Shown here one piece after another: positions 9,738 to 19,475 of a stretch of DNA of 64,000 nucleotides. This stretch comes from an uncultured Gemmatimonadales bacterium (GTDB taxonomy: Bacteria > Gemmatimonadota > Gemmatimonadetes > Gemmatimonadales > GWC2-71-9). The notes beneath the pieces are model-generated. The model worked only from the letters and a program-made list of their open reading frames with translations. It searched no databases and was not told the DNA's origin. A program made the position numbers and the translations under genes. The DNA lies in contig CAWFOY010000003.1 of the NCBI GenBank assembly GCA_963817575.1, positions 1,680 through 65,679 of the forward strand, written 5' to 3'. How positions within the stretch are numbered: the first letter of the stretch is position 1; each line of letters opens with the position of its first letter.

Positions 9738-10844
9738 ATGCGAATCGGAGTACCGGCGGAAACGGCGGCGCAAGAGCGCCGTGTGGCCCTCATCCCGGAC
9801 GCGGTCACGAAACTCAAGGCGGCCGGCTGTGACATCCTCGTGCAGCGCGGCGCGGGTGACTCCGCATTCTTTCCCGATGCGGCGTACGCGGCCGCCGGCG
9901 CGACCCTGGTTGGCGCGTCCGAAGCGCTGGGCGCTGACCTCGTCCTCAAGGTGCAGCGGCCCTCTCTCGAGGAGGCGGCCCAGCTCCGCGAAGGCGCGGC
10001 GCTCATCGCACTCCTCTCGCCCGCGGCAGGTGGCGACCTCTTCGACCTGCTGGCGCGCCGCCGGGTGACGGCGTTCGCCATGGAGCTGGTGCCGCGGACC
10101 ACCAAGGCCCAATCGATGGACGTGCTCTCGTCTCAAGCCACTATCGCCGGCTACAAGGCGGTGCTGCTCGGCGCCGCGGCGATGGGCCGCATCCTGCCGA
10201 TGCTGACGACCGCAGCCGGCACCCTGCCTCCGGCCCGGGTCTTCGTCGTGGGCGCGGGAGTCGCCGGCCTCCAGGCCATCGCGACCGCGCGCCGCCTCGG
10301 TGGCCTCGTTTCGGCGTTCGATGTGCGGTCCGTCGTGAAGGAGCAGGTCCAGAGCCTCGGCGCCAGCTTCGTGGAGCTCGCCGCCGTCGAGGGTGAGGGA
10401 GCGGGTGGTTACGCGAAGGAGCTGGCAGAGGAGCAACAGCGACGGGTGCTCGAAGCGGTCGGGGCGCACGCCGCCGGCCAGGACCTGGTGATTACCACGG
10501 CACAGATTCCCGGCCGGCCCGCGCCGCGCCTGCTCTCGGGCGAGGCCGTCCGCGCCATGAAGCCCGGCTCCGTGATCGTGGATCTTGCGGCTGAGTCCGG
10601 CGGCAACTGTGAGCTCACCCGCGCCGGGGAGCCGGTCATCGTCAATGGGGTCACTGTGCTAGGCCCGATCAACCTCCCGGCGAGCGTGCCGCAGCACGCG
10701 AGCCAGATGTACAGCCGGAACGTCCTGACGTTCGTCCAGTACGCCCTCAAGGACGGCGCGCTCAACGTGGACCTGGCCGACGCAATTACCGGCCCGATGT
10801 GCGTCACGCACGCGGGCGAACTCCGCACCCAGAAGGCGGCCTGA
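9738..10844 (+). CDS. pntAA: NAD(P) transhydrogenase subunit alpha part 1 (dI, NAD(H)-binding)
   Basis: 368 aa. MRIGVPAETAAQERRVALIPDAVTKLKAAGCDILVQRGAG.. and the Rossmann motif VFVVGAGVAGLQAIATARRLG are classic PntAA / alanine dehydrogenase-like features. Confidence 0.92.
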   Translation: MRIGVPAETAAQERRVALIPDAVTKLKAAGCDILVQRGAGDSAFFPDAAYAAAGATLVGASEALGADLVLKVQRPSLEEAAQLREGAALIALLSPAAGGDLFDLLARRRVTAFAMELVPRTTKAQSMDVLSSQATIAGYKAVLLGAAAMGRILPMLTTAAGTLPPARVFVVGAGVAGLQAIATARRLGGLVSAFDVRSVVKEQVQSLGASFVELAAVEGEGAGGYAKELAEEQQRRVLEAVGAHAAGQDLVITTAQIPGRPAPRLLSGEAVRAMKPGSVIVDLAAESGGNCELTRAGEPVIVNGVTVLGPINLPASVPQHASQMYSRNVLTFVQYALKDGALNVDLADAITGPMCVTHAGELRTQKAA

Positions 10845-10846
10845 GC

Positions 10847-11137
10847 ATGGAAGCCCTGATTTTGAGCATCGTCATCTTCACACTCGCCACGTTCCTCGGC
10901 GTCGAGCTGATCAACCGGGTTCCGACCACGCTGCATACGCCCCTCATGTCGGGCGCCAATGCGATCAGCGGCATCACCATTGTGGGCGCGCTCGTCGTGG
11001 CCGGTGGCGGGCACGGCTGGATCTCATGGGGCTTCGGCTTCGGGGCGGTGGTGCTCGCCATGATGAATGTCGTCGGAGGGTACGCAGTGACCGACCGCAT
11101 GCTGCAGATGTTCACGAAGAAGCCGGAGGCGAAGTAA
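10847..11137 (+). CDS. pntAB: NAD(P) transhydrogenase subunit alpha part 2 (membrane, dII)
   Basis: The start is taken at ATG 10847 (MEALILSIVIFTLATFLGVELINRVPTTLHTPLMSGANAISGITIVGA..VTDRMLQMF). The track ORF start at 10799 would overlap pntAA. Confidence 0.9.
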   Translation: MEALILSIVIFTLATFLGVELINRVPTTLHTPLMSGANAISGITIVGALVVAGGGHGWISWGFGFGAVVLAMMNVVGGYAVTDRMLQMFTKKPEAK

Positions 11138-12522
11138 TGCCATCCGGTCTCACCGAACTGCTCTACCTCGTTGCTGCCGTCCTGTTCATCATCGGCCTCA
11201 AGCGGCTCTCCAGCCCGCTCACGGCCCGGCGCGGGAATCTCGTGTCCGGCGTCGGGATGCTCATCGCCATCGCTGTCACCCTCCTGAACCGCCACATCCT
11301 GTCCTTCGAGGTGATCCTGGCCGGCGTGGTGGTCGGCTCCGCGCTTGGCTGGTGGATGGCGCGCACGGTCCACATGACCGCGATGCCCCAGATGGTCGCG
11401 CTCCTCAACGGATTCGGCGGAGGCGCGTCGCTCTTCGTCGGGGGGGCGGAGTTCCTCAAGGTAGAACTCGCCGGCGGAACCGCGCCCATGGACGTGGCCA
11501 TCACAACGCAATTGAGCCTGCTCATCGGCGCCGTCACCCTGACCGGGAGCATCATCGCGTGGGCCAAGCTGCAGGAGGTCATGACCGGCCGCCCGATCAC
11601 GTTCCCGATGCAGAAGGTCGTGAATGCAGTCTGGTTCCTGGCGATCGCTGCACTCGCCATCTACCAGATTCTCACGCCGGAACAGCTCCTGTGGCCCTTC
11701 TACCTCGTGATCGGCCTCTCGCTCGTGCTGGGTGTATTGCTGGTGATTCCGATCGGCGGCGCCGACATGCCGGTCGTCATCTCGCTCCTCAACTCCTATT
11801 CCGGCATTGCCGCGGCGATGACCGGGTTCGTCATACACAACGACGTGCTGATCATTGCGGGCGCGCTGGTCGGCTCGTCCGGAATCATCCTCAGCCAGAT
11901 CATGTGCAAGGCGATGAATCGCTCGTTGACCAACGTCCTGTTCGGAGCGTTCGGCGGCGGCACGGCCTCGGGCAAGTCCGCCGCCGGCCTGACCGTGCGC
12001 CAGGTGACGGTCGAGGACGCCGCCATGCAGATCGCCTACGCCCAGTTCATGGTGGTGGTCCCTGGCTACGGGCTCGCGGTGGCCCAGGCCCAGCATGCGG
12101 TGCGGGAGCTCGCCGACCTGGTCGAGCGGCGGGGTGGGGAAGTGAAGTACGCGATCCACCCCGTGGCGGGGCGCATGCCCGGGCACATGAACGTGCTGCT
12201 CGCCGAGGCCAACGTGCCATATGAGAAGCTCTGCGAGATGGACCAGATCAACGATGAGTTCCAGCGGGCCGACGTGGCGCTGGTGGTCGGCGCCAATGAT
12301 GTCGTCAACCCCGCGGCACGGACCGATGCCGGCAGCCCCATCTACGGCATGCCAATTCTCAATGCCGATCAGGCGAAGAGCACGATCGTTCTGAAGCGGA
12401 GCATGAACGCGGGCTTCGCCGGGATCGAGAACGAGCTGTTCTACAGCCCGAAGACCGCGATGCTGTTCGGCGACGCCAAGCAGACGCTGACGAGGCTGGT
12501 GGCGGAGGTGAAGGTCGTTTAG
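11137..12522 (+). CDS. pntB: NAD(P) transhydrogenase subunit beta (dII+dIII)
   Basis: ATG 11137 overlaps the TAA of pntAB (TAATG). MPSGLTELLYLVAAVLFIIGLKRLSSPLTARRGN.. and the C-terminal dIII VVPGYGLAVAQAQH..KYAIHPVAGRMPGHMNVLLAEANVPY..GANDVVNPAA are diagnostic. Confidence 0.92.
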   Translation: MPSGLTELLYLVAAVLFIIGLKRLSSPLTARRGNLVSGVGMLIAIAVTLLNRHILSFEVILAGVVVGSALGWWMARTVHMTAMPQMVALLNGFGGGASLFVGGAEFLKVELAGGTAPMDVAITTQLSLLIGAVTLTGSIIAWAKLQEVMTGRPITFPMQKVVNAVWFLAIAALAIYQILTPEQLLWPFYLVIGLSLVLGVLLVIPIGGADMPVVISLLNSYSGIAAAMTGFVIHNDVLIIAGALVGSSGIILSQIMCKAMNRSLTNVLFGAFGGGTASGKSAAGLTVRQVTVEDAAMQIAYAQFMVVVPGYGLAVAQAQHAVRELADLVERRGGEVKYAIHPVAGRMPGHMNVLLAEANVPYEKLCEMDQINDEFQRADVALVVGANDVVNPAARTDAGSPIYGMPILNADQAKSTIVLKRSMNAGFAGIENELFYSPKTAMLFGDAKQTLTRLVAEVKVV

Positions 12523-12538
12523 GCCTGGGAGGCCGCAG

Positions 12539-12850
12539 ATGACGTACCTGGGTTTGATCGAGGTCTACGTCTTCATCCTGGCGGGATTCGTGGGGTTCAT
12601 GGTCATCACCCGCGTCCCGCCCCTGCTCCACACCCCGCTCATGTCCGCCACCAACGCGATCTCCGCCATCTCCCTGGTGGGGTCGTTGGTGGCGGCCGGG
12701 GCCGACCGGAACCAGGTCAGCACCATCCTCGGCTTCGTCGCCGTCATTTCGGCCACCATCAACGCGGTCGGCGGATTCATCATCACCGACCGGATGCTGA
12801 AGATGTTCCGCCGGAAGCCGGGCCCGGGGGCGGGAGACCAGTCATCATGA
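12539..12850 (+). CDS. pntAB: Second copy of NAD(P) transhydrogenase alpha part 2 (paralogue)
   Basis: 103 aa. ..RVPPLLHTPLMSATNAISAISLVGS..ITDRMLKMF.. is clearly paralogous to 10847..11137. A GGGAGG SD lies upstream. Confidence 0.88.
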   Translation: MTYLGLIEVYVFILAGFVGFMVITRVPPLLHTPLMSATNAISAISLVGSLVAAGADRNQVSTILGFVAVISATINAVGGFIITDRMLKMFRRKPGPGAGDQSS

Positions 12851-14241
12851 CGCCCCGTGAGCTGCTGGTCCAGGCGACCTACCTCACAGCGTCGATTCTT
12901 TTCATCCTCGGGCTCCGCAGCCTGACTCGCGCCGACAGCGCGCGGCGGGGCATGCAGCAGGCTGCGCTCGGGATGGTGATCGCCGTCTGCGGGACCCTCC
13001 TCCACCACGAGATCGTGTCCTACCGCTGGATCCTCGCGGGCCTGGTGATCGGGTCGATCATCGGATACCCGCTGGGAACAATGGTGCCGATGACCGCGAT
13101 GCCGCAGCGGATCGCGATTTCGCACGTGTTCGGCGCACTGGCCGCCACCCTCGTCGGGATCGCGGAGTATTACACCCACCTCCGCGACGGGGTCGCGATT
13201 TCGTCCCCGCTGATGGCGGCCCTGGGATTCGAGGTCGTGTTCGGTGCGCTGACCGTGAGTGGAAGCTTCATGGCGTTCAGCAAGCTCCAGGAGCTCATCA
13301 GCGGCCGGCCACACACCTATCGCGGCCAGAACGTGATGAACATCTCCCTGTTCGTCGCGACCCTCGGGGTATTCGGCTACCTCCTGGTGAACCCCGGTGA
13401 CGCCCGGCTGTTCTACCTGATGGTCGGCATGGCATTCCTGTTCGGATTCCTGCTCGTGCTTCCCATCGGCGGAGCGGACATGCCGGTCGTCATCTCACTC
13501 ATGAATTCCTACGCGGGACTCGCGTCCTCCGCCACGGGATTCGCGATCGGCAACAACGTGCTGATCATCGCGGGCGCGCTGGACGGTGCCTCCGGCTTCA
13601 TCCTGTCCATGGTGATGAGCAAGGCGATGAATCGCTCCTTCGGCAACGTGCTGTTCGGCGCGTTCGGAAGCGCGGCCGCCGGCGGGTCGGCTCAAAGCGT
13701 GGAGGGGCTCTCGGTCAAGGCGATCTCGGTCGAGGACGCGGCCATGCAGCTGGCGTATGCCCGCATGGTTATCGTCGTGCCCGGGTACGGGCTGGCCGTG
13801 GCGCAGGCCCAGCACGTCGTGCGGGAGCTGGCCGATCTGATCGAGAAGCGCGGTGGGGAGGTGAAGTACGCAATCCACCCGGTCGCGGGCCGAATGCCGG
13901 GGCACATGAACGTCCTGCTCGCCGAGGCGAATGTTCCGTACGACCGGCTGGTGGAAATGGACGAGATCAACAGCCAGTTCCCGCAGGCCGATGTCGCGCT
14001 GGTGGTGGGGGCGAACGATGTCGTGAATCCCGCCGCACGGAACGACGCTTCGAGCCCGATCTATGGCATGCCGATCCTGAACGTCGATCAGGCGAAGGGG
14101 ATCATCGTGCTCAAGCGGAGCATGAATCCCGGCTTTGCCGGCATCGAGAACCAGCTGTTCTACAACGAAAAGACCTCGATGCTTTTCGGGGATGCGAAGC
14201 AGTCGCTGACGAAGCTCGTGGCGGAGGTCAAAGGACTTTAG
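12847..14241 (+). CDS. pntB: Second copy of NAD(P) transhydrogenase subunit beta (paralogue)
   Basis: 464 aa with an ATGA overlap onto the preceding gene. Its dIII region is nearly identical in motif content to the first pntB (VVPGYGLAVAQAQHVVRELADLIEKRGGEVKYAIHPVAGRMPGHMNVLLAEANVPY..). Confidence 0.9.
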   Translation: MTPRELLVQATYLTASILFILGLRSLTRADSARRGMQQAALGMVIAVCGTLLHHEIVSYRWILAGLVIGSIIGYPLGTMVPMTAMPQRIAISHVFGALAATLVGIAEYYTHLRDGVAISSPLMAALGFEVVFGALTVSGSFMAFSKLQELISGRPHTYRGQNVMNISLFVATLGVFGYLLVNPGDARLFYLMVGMAFLFGFLLVLPIGGADMPVVISLMNSYAGLASSATGFAIGNNVLIIAGALDGASGFILSMVMSKAMNRSFGNVLFGAFGSAAAGGSAQSVEGLSVKAISVEDAAMQLAYARMVIVVPGYGLAVAQAQHVVRELADLIEKRGGEVKYAIHPVAGRMPGHMNVLLAEANVPYDRLVEMDEINSQFPQADVALVVGANDVVNPAARNDASSPIYGMPILNVDQAKGIIVLKRSMNPGFAGIENQLFYNEKTSMLFGDAKQSLTKLVAEVKGL

Positions 14242-14285
14242 GACGGCACGACGGCACGACGGTCCGTAGGTCCGTCGGCCCGTCC
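14241..14285. repeat. Octamer-repeat hairpin between convergent genes (probable bidirectional terminator)
   Basis: GGACGGCAC GACGGCAC GACGG is followed directly by TCCGTAGG TCCGTCGG CCCGTCC. The arms are imperfect reverse complements built from 8-nt tandem units. The element fills the gap between stops at 14239..14241 and 14288..14290. Confidence 0.7.
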
Positions 14286-14287
14286 CC

Positions 14288-14866
14288 TTACTCTGCCCAC
14301 CTTCGCACGTCCGCGATACCCGCCGTCCGGCTGATCCGCTCCTGCGCCTCCCGGTAGTTGCGCAAGAAGTCCTCCTGCCATGCCTCGGGCATGTTCGCCC
14401 GGAAGTACTCCGCGTTCATGATCTCCCCGTCGGGCCTCTCGTGGGTCTCGACGATTTCCCCCAGGAAGAGGGTCGAGGGTCCCGCATCCATCGTGTTGAG
14501 CACCCGGCATTCGAACGCCGCGAAACAGTCCGTCAGGATCGGCACCCCAAGGCTGCCGATCCGGTGCGGAACTCCCGTCAGTTTATCCGGGATGCTCCGT
14601 CCGCTCACGAAACCGAGTCGATGCACCAGGTCAAACTGGCCCCGGTGGAGCAGGTGGGCGCCGAAGCGACCGCTCTTCCAGATCAGGTCATGGCTCAGGT
14701 GCCACTTGTGGACGTACACCGACAGCCGCGGGTGTTCGGGAGAAATCGAGGCCCGGATGGCGCTGTCGAGGATCATGCCGTTGGTCCGCCCTCCGTGGGC
14801 GGAGGTCACGGCCACGAGGGGGCCGGCGAGCCGACGCAGCAGCTCGTACGCGGTGGAGGTGAGCAT
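14288..14866 (-). CDS. Flavin reductase-like (FMN-binding split-barrel) domain protein
   Basis: 192 aa. ..LAGPLVAVTSAHGGRTNGMILDSAI..GAHLL..FAAFECRVLNTMDAGPSTLFLGEIV.. resembles the flavin reductase / HpaC-like fold. Confidence 0.6.
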   Translation of the reverse strand: MLTSTAYELLRRLAGPLVAVTSAHGGRTNGMILDSAIRASISPEHPRLSVYVHKWHLSHDLIWKSGRFGAHLLHRGQFDLVHRLGFVSGRSIPDKLTGVPHRIGSLGVPILTDCFAAFECRVLNTMDAGPSTLFLGEIVETHERPDGEIMNAEYFRANMPEAWQEDFLRNYREAQERISRTAGIADVRRWAE

Positions 14867-15131
14867 GGGCCGGAATGTAGGCGGCGGCCGGGAATCCGGC
14901 CAATCCAGGGTGCAATTCGGGGCCGCTGGCGCGTCTCTCGGTTACTGGGGAACGAACAACGGGGTCGGAAGGTTGCAGGGTGATGGGGCGTTCGAGGCGT
15001 CCCACGGGCAAGTTGTTGCCCGGTGCGACGTTGCCAGAATGACAGGCATCTGGATGAGTCTGGGGGTCGAACGGGAGCCGATTGGCCGACACTACCGCAA
15101 CTCGTTCGAACCGATGATGTTAGCTAAGCTG

Positions 15132-15160
15132 TTGATTTTCGGTAGCTTAGCGGTTAAGTT
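15132..15160 (+). promoter_or_regulatory. Candidate sigma70-type promoter for the sigma-factor gene
   Basis: TTGATT (15132..15137), a 17-nt spacer, then TAAGTT (15155..15160). It lies in the only AT-rich patch of a 370-nt intergenic region, about 75 nt upstream of the GTG start. Confidence 0.35.
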
Positions 15161-15236
15161 TCTCGACTGTTTTTGGGGCGGTCCCCGCGACCGCAGCAGG
15201 TATACAGTGACGGGGTTTCCTGAGGAGGTCTGAACG

Positions 15237-16130
15237 GTGACTGTCAAGCCTCGCCAGAAGCGTCGTGCGGTTCGTCCCGCACAGATTGCGAAGGCGGTCG
15301 ACGAGGGACGCGAGTCTCTCGACCTCTACCTCGACGAGATCAGCCGCGTCCCCCTCCTCAACCGTGAGGAGGAGATGGAGCTCGCCCGGAAGGCCTTCCG
15401 CGGCAGCGTGGCGGCCCAGGAAAAGTTGGCGCGTCACAACGTGCGGTTCGTCGTTTCCGTGGCAAAGAAGTTCCAGAATCGCGGCGTGCCGCTGGTCGAT
15501 CTCATCGGTGAAGGCAACCTCGGCCTGATGACGGCGGCCCGGAAGTTCGATCCGGACCGCGGCGTCAAGTTCATCTCGTATGCGGTCTGGTGGATCCGCC
15601 AGGCGGTCCAGGCGGCCATCGCGCGCCACGGCCGTCCGGTGCGCGTGCCGCTCAACCGTACCGCCGACCTCAGCCGGCTGGGCCGCACCACGACGCTCCT
15701 CAAGGAGCGCCTCGGCCGGATGCCGACTACCGAGGAGCTGGCCCGGGCGACCGGCCTCACCGTGGAGGCCGTGCGTAGCCTGAGCGCGCTCAATACCGAG
15801 GCGGTCCGGCTCGATCACCCCACGCGGGATGGCGATGGCAACGAGCGGATGGAGCGCTTCGCCATGGCCGAGCAGGAAGGCACGGATTCCGCCACGATGA
15901 TGAACAGCCAGACCAGCGACATCGAGGCGGCGTTGTCGGTTCTCCCGCCGCGGGACGCCAAGGTGCTGCGCCTCTATTTCGGGCTGGATGATGGAAACAG
16001 CCGCACGCTGGAGGAGATCGGCCGCATGATGGGCGTTACCCGCGAGCGGATCCGCCAGCTTCGCGATCGTGCGCTGCTGCGCCTGCGTGAGGGCGAAACC
16101 GGCGAGCGGCTGCGGGACCTGGTCGCCTAG
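15237..16130 (+). CDS. RNA polymerase sigma factor, sigma-70 family (RpoD/RpoS-like, regions 1.2-4)
   Basis: 297 aa. YLDEISRVPLLNREEEMELAR.., ..NVRFVVSVAKKFQNRGVPLVDLIGEGNLGLMTAARKFDPDRGVKFISYAVWWIRQAV.. and the region 4 motif ..TLEEIGRMMGVTRERIRQLRDRAL are present. GAGGAGG lies 9 nt before GTG 15237. Confidence 0.9.
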   Translation: MTVKPRQKRRAVRPAQIAKAVDEGRESLDLYLDEISRVPLLNREEEMELARKAFRGSVAAQEKLARHNVRFVVSVAKKFQNRGVPLVDLIGEGNLGLMTAARKFDPDRGVKFISYAVWWIRQAVQAAIARHGRPVRVPLNRTADLSRLGRTTTLLKERLGRMPTTEELARATGLTVEAVRSLSALNTEAVRLDHPTRDGDGNERMERFAMAEQEGTDSATMMNSQTSDIEAALSVLPPRDAKVLRLYFGLDDGNSRTLEEIGRMMGVTRERIRQLRDRALLRLREGETGERLRDLVA

Positions 16131-16166
16131 CGGCGTCCACCGACCGGCCGTCGAGGCCGCGCAAGG

Positions 16167-16207
16167 AAGCGACCCTCCGGTAGGCCTACCGGAGGGTCGC
16201 TTTGCTT
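16167..16207. terminator. Bidirectional terminator hairpin between the sigma-factor gene and acnA
   Basis: A 36-nt perfect palindrome AAGCGACCCTCCGGTAGG|CCTACCGGAGGGTCGCTT followed by TTGCT. It shares the core GCGACCCTCCGG with the hairpin at 2936..2967. Confidence 0.7.
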
Positions 16208-16216
16208 ATGGGGCGC

Positions 16217-18994
16217 TCAGGCCGTGCCGGCGAACATCCTCAGGACGCGCTGCAGGATCCCGCCGTGCCGGTAGTAGTCCAGTTCGACCTGGCTGTTGAG
16301 CCGGGCGATCGCCTCGAAGCGCTTGACGCTGCCGTCCTCGCCGGTCGCGACGACCTGCACCCGGCCGCCCGGTGCCAGCCCCTCCGCAATCCCCGTAAGG
16401 GTGAACGTCTCCCGGCCGGTCAGGCCGAGGGACGCGCGGTTCTGGCCGGGCATGTAGACAAGCGGCAGCACGCCCATGCCGACCAGGTTGCTCCGGTGAA
16501 TGCGCTCGAAGCTCTCCGCGATGACGGCCTTCACGCCGAGCAGGACGGTGCCCTTGGCCGCCCAGTCCCGGCTGGATCCGGTTCCATACTCCTTGCCCGC
16601 CAGCACGACCAGCGGCGTGCCTTCGGCGATGTACCGCATGGCCGCATCGTAGATGGAGAGGACCTCGCCGGACGGGAAATGGACGGTCCAGTTGCCTTCC
16701 TTGTCGGGCACCAGGGCGTTCTTGATTCGCACGTTTCCGAACGTCCCCCGCATCATCACCTCGTGATTTCCGCGCCGGGCGCCGAACGTATTCCAGTTGG
16801 GCTGATCGACGCCATGCTCCTTGAGGTACCGGGCGGCGGGGCCGTTCTTGGGGATGGCACCGGCGGGCGAGATGTGGTCGGTGGTGACCGAATCGCCCAG
16901 GGCGGCGAGCACACGGGCGCCAGTGATGTCGGCGAGCGGAGCAGGGCTGGGAGCCAGCGACTGGAAGAAGGGCGGCTCCTGCACGTAGGTGCTCGCTGCG
17001 TCCCAGGCGTACCGGCTGTCCTTCGGTACCCGCAGCGCCTGCCAGGCCTCATCGCCGTCGAACACCTTCCCGTATTGCTCCGTGAACTTCTCCGGCTTGA
17101 GGGCGCTCGCCATTGTTGCGGCGATTTCCTGTGGGCTCGGCCAGATGTCCTTGAGGAACACCGGTTCACCCTGGTCCGAGATGCCGAGCGGCTCCGTCGC
17201 CAGGTCGGCGTTGACGCGCCCGATGAGCGCGAACGCCACCACCAGCATTGGCGAGGCCAGGTAATTGGCCCGGACCTGGGGGTGGATGCGAGCCTCGAAA
17301 TTCCGGTTGCCCGAAAGCACTGCCGCCACGACCAGAGAGTGCTCGTCGATGGCGCGGGCCACCTCATCGGGCAACGGCCCGCTGTTGCCGATGCACGTCG
17401 TGCAGCCGTAGCCGACGGTCTGGAATCCGAGCCGGTCGAGGTACTCCGTCAGGCCTGACGTGTTGAGGTAATCGGTGACGACCCGCGAACCCGGCGCCAG
17501 GCTCGTCTTGACCCAGGGACGGGTTTTCAGGCCCCGTTCGACCGCCTTCTTCGCCAGGAGTCCGGCTCCGATCATGACGGACGGATTCGAGGTGTTGGTG
17601 CACGAGGTGATGGCGGCGATGACGGCCGCGCCGTCGTGGATCTCGTGATGCTCGCCGTTCAGCACGAGCGGGACGGTCGGCGCCGGGGCGATCGTCGTCG
17701 CGGTCTGCCCACCCTCGCCCATCCACCGGGAATAATCAGCCTGGGCCAGCTCGCGCCGGGTCGAAGGCACGGTCGCCTGCATCAGGTCCGGCAGGCTCAC
17801 GGCGAAGTTCCGCTTGAGTTCCCGAAGCGGCACGAGATCCTGCGGGCGCTTCGGGCCGGCGAGGCTCGGCTCGATGGTCGCGAGGTCGAGCTCGAGAGTG
17901 CTGGTGAATTCCGGATCCGGGGTCGCATCGGTGCGGAAGAGCCCCTGCTCCTTGCAGTAGCGCTCCACCCGATCGACAATGGCGCGATCGCGGCCGGTGC
18001 GCTCGAGGTACCGAAGCGTCTCCTGGTCGATGGGGAAGAAACCGATCGTGGCGCCGTACTCCGGGGCCATGTTGCCGATCGTGGCGCGGTCGGCGAGGCT
18101 CAGGCTCGAGAGGCCCGGGCCGTAGAACTCCACGAACTTGTCCACCACGCCCTTCTTCCGGAGCATCTGCGTGGTGCGCAGCACGAGGTCGGTGGCCGTG
18201 GTGCCGACGGGCAGCGTGCCGGTCAATTTCATGCCGACAACATCCGGCGCCAGCATGAAATACGGCTGCCCCAGCATCACCGCCTCCGCCTCGATGCCGC
18301 CGACGCCCCAGCCCACCACGCCAAGCCCGTTGATCATGGTCGTGTGGGAATCGGTGCCCACCAGCGTGTCGGGGTAAGCGGTCAACTCGCCGTGCTGTTC
18401 GCGGAGCTGCACGCCCGGGGAGAGGTATTCGAGGTTCACCTGGTGGACGATGCCCATGCCCGGCGGCACGACCCGGAAATTCCGGAACGCGCCCTGGGCG
18501 AACTTCAGCAGCTGGTAGCGCTCCAGGTTGCGCTCGAACTCGAGGTCGACATTCTGCCGGAACGCCCGCGGCGTGCCGTAGTAATCCACCTGAACCGAGT
18601 GATCGATCACGAGGTCGCACGGCACGACGGGGTTGATCCGGTCAGGGTCGCCCTTCATCCGGGCCATCGCATCGCGCATGGCGGCGAGGTCCACGACACA
18701 CGGGACGCCGGTGAAATCCTGCAGCACCACCCGGGCCGGCATGAATGGGAATTCGGCGCGCTCCGCCTCCACGGATTTCCAGCCCGCGAGATTCCGGACG
18801 TGGTCGTCCGTCACGATCCCGCGACCCGAGAACCGCAGGGCATTCTCCAGCAGAACACGGATGGAAAACGGGAGCCGATCGAGATCGGCGAGCCCTTGCC
18901 TCGCCAGCTCGGCCAGGCGATAGATGGTAACCGATCGGCGGTCCAGCGTGATGGCGCCGCGGGCGCCGAAGGGATCGAGGGATGGGGAAGTCAT
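16217..18994 (-). CDS. acnA: Aconitate hydratase A
   Basis: About 925 aa. ..[21 protein letters not shown].., ..[25 protein letters not shown].., ..[13 protein letters not shown].., ..[12 protein letters not shown].. and ..[16 protein letters not shown].. are present. The start is placed at ATG 18994 (MTSPSLDPF..); the track start at 19045 would overlap the divergent neighbour. Confidence 0.93.
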   Translation of the reverse strand: MTSPSLDPFGARGAITLDRRSVTIYRLAELARQGLADLDRLPFSIRVLLENALRFSGRGIVTDDHVRNLAGWKSVEAERAEFPFMPARVVLQDFTGVPCVVDLAAMRDAMARMKGDPDRINPVVPCDLVIDHSVQVDYYGTPRAFRQNVDLEFERNLERYQLLKFAQGAFRNFRVVPPGMGIVHQVNLEYLSPGVQLREQHGELTAYPDTLVGTDSHTTMINGLGVVGWGVGGIEAEAVMLGQPYFMLAPDVVGMKLTGTLPVGTTATDLVLRTTQMLRKKGVVDKFVEFYGPGLSSLSLADRATIGNMAPEYGATIGFFPIDQETLRYLERTGRDRAIVDRVERYCKEQGLFRTDATPDPEFTSTLELDLATIEPSLAGPKRPQDLVPLRELKRNFAVSLPDLMQATVPSTRRELAQADYSRWMGEGGQTATTIAPAPTVPLVLNGEHHEIHDGAAVIAAITSCTNTSNPSVMIGAGLLAKKAVERGLKTRPWVKTSLAPGSRVVTDYLNTSGLTEYLDRLGFQTVGYGCTTCIGNSGPLPDEVARAIDEHSLVVAAVLSGNRNFEARIHPQVRANYLASPMLVVAFALIGRVNADLATEPLGISDQGEPVFLKDIWPSPQEIAATMASALKPEKFTEQYGKVFDGDEAWQALRVPKDSRYAWDAASTYVQEPPFFQSLAPSPAPLADITGARVLAALGDSVTTDHISPAGAIPKNGPAARYLKEHGVDQPNWNTFGARRGNHEVMMRGTFGNVRIKNALVPDKEGNWTVHFPSGEVLSIYDAAMRYIAEGTPLVVLAGKEYGTGSSRDWAAKGTVLLGVKAVIAESFERIHRSNLVGMGVLPLVYMPGQNRASLGLTGRETFTLTGIAEGLAPGGRVQVVATGEDGSVKRFEAIARLNSQVELDYYRHGGILQRVLRMFAGTA

Positions 18995-19032
18995 GATGCA
19001 TTCACCGGAGACGAGAACAGATCGGCGGAAGC

Positions 19033-19356
19033 GTGAATAATACATCCTCCAGCGCCGGTGGCGGGAGACGCGCGCCCTACGCCATCACGCGGCGCGACGA
19101 TGGTATCTGGATCGAATGGGAGCGGGGCCAGGGGGAACGACACATTCCGGCCCGCCGGCTCCGGCTGGCGTGCCCCTGCGCCGCCTGCGTGGAAGAAATG
19201 AGCGGCCGGGCCCTGCTCGACCCCGACACGGTACCGGCGGATGTCCGGCCGGTGCAGGCGTCCCTCGTGGGCGCCTACGGACTCCGGATCACCTGGAGCG
19301 ACGGCCACGGAACTGGGATCTACCCCTTCGAACGACTCCGAGCGCTGGTGGAGTGA
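19033..19356 (+). CDS. DUF971 (gamma-butyrobetaine hydroxylase N-terminal-like) small protein
   Basis: 107 aa. ..[57 protein letters not shown] is the typical DUF971 pattern. Confidence 0.7.
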   Translation: MNNTSSSAGGGRRAPYAITRRDDGIWIEWERGQGERHIPARRLRLACPCAACVEEMSGRALLDPDTVPADVRPVQASLVGAYGLRITWSDGHGTGIYPFERLRALVE

Positions 19357-19475
19357 CCGGACGGCGGAGTTCACGGGCGGGGATGGCGCGGTGGCCGGAC
19401 GGGTGGTATTCTCGGGTCCGTCCTTCACGGCGCCCCACCCCCGGGGGGCCGGTGTTCCCCCGAGGTTCATCCCGG

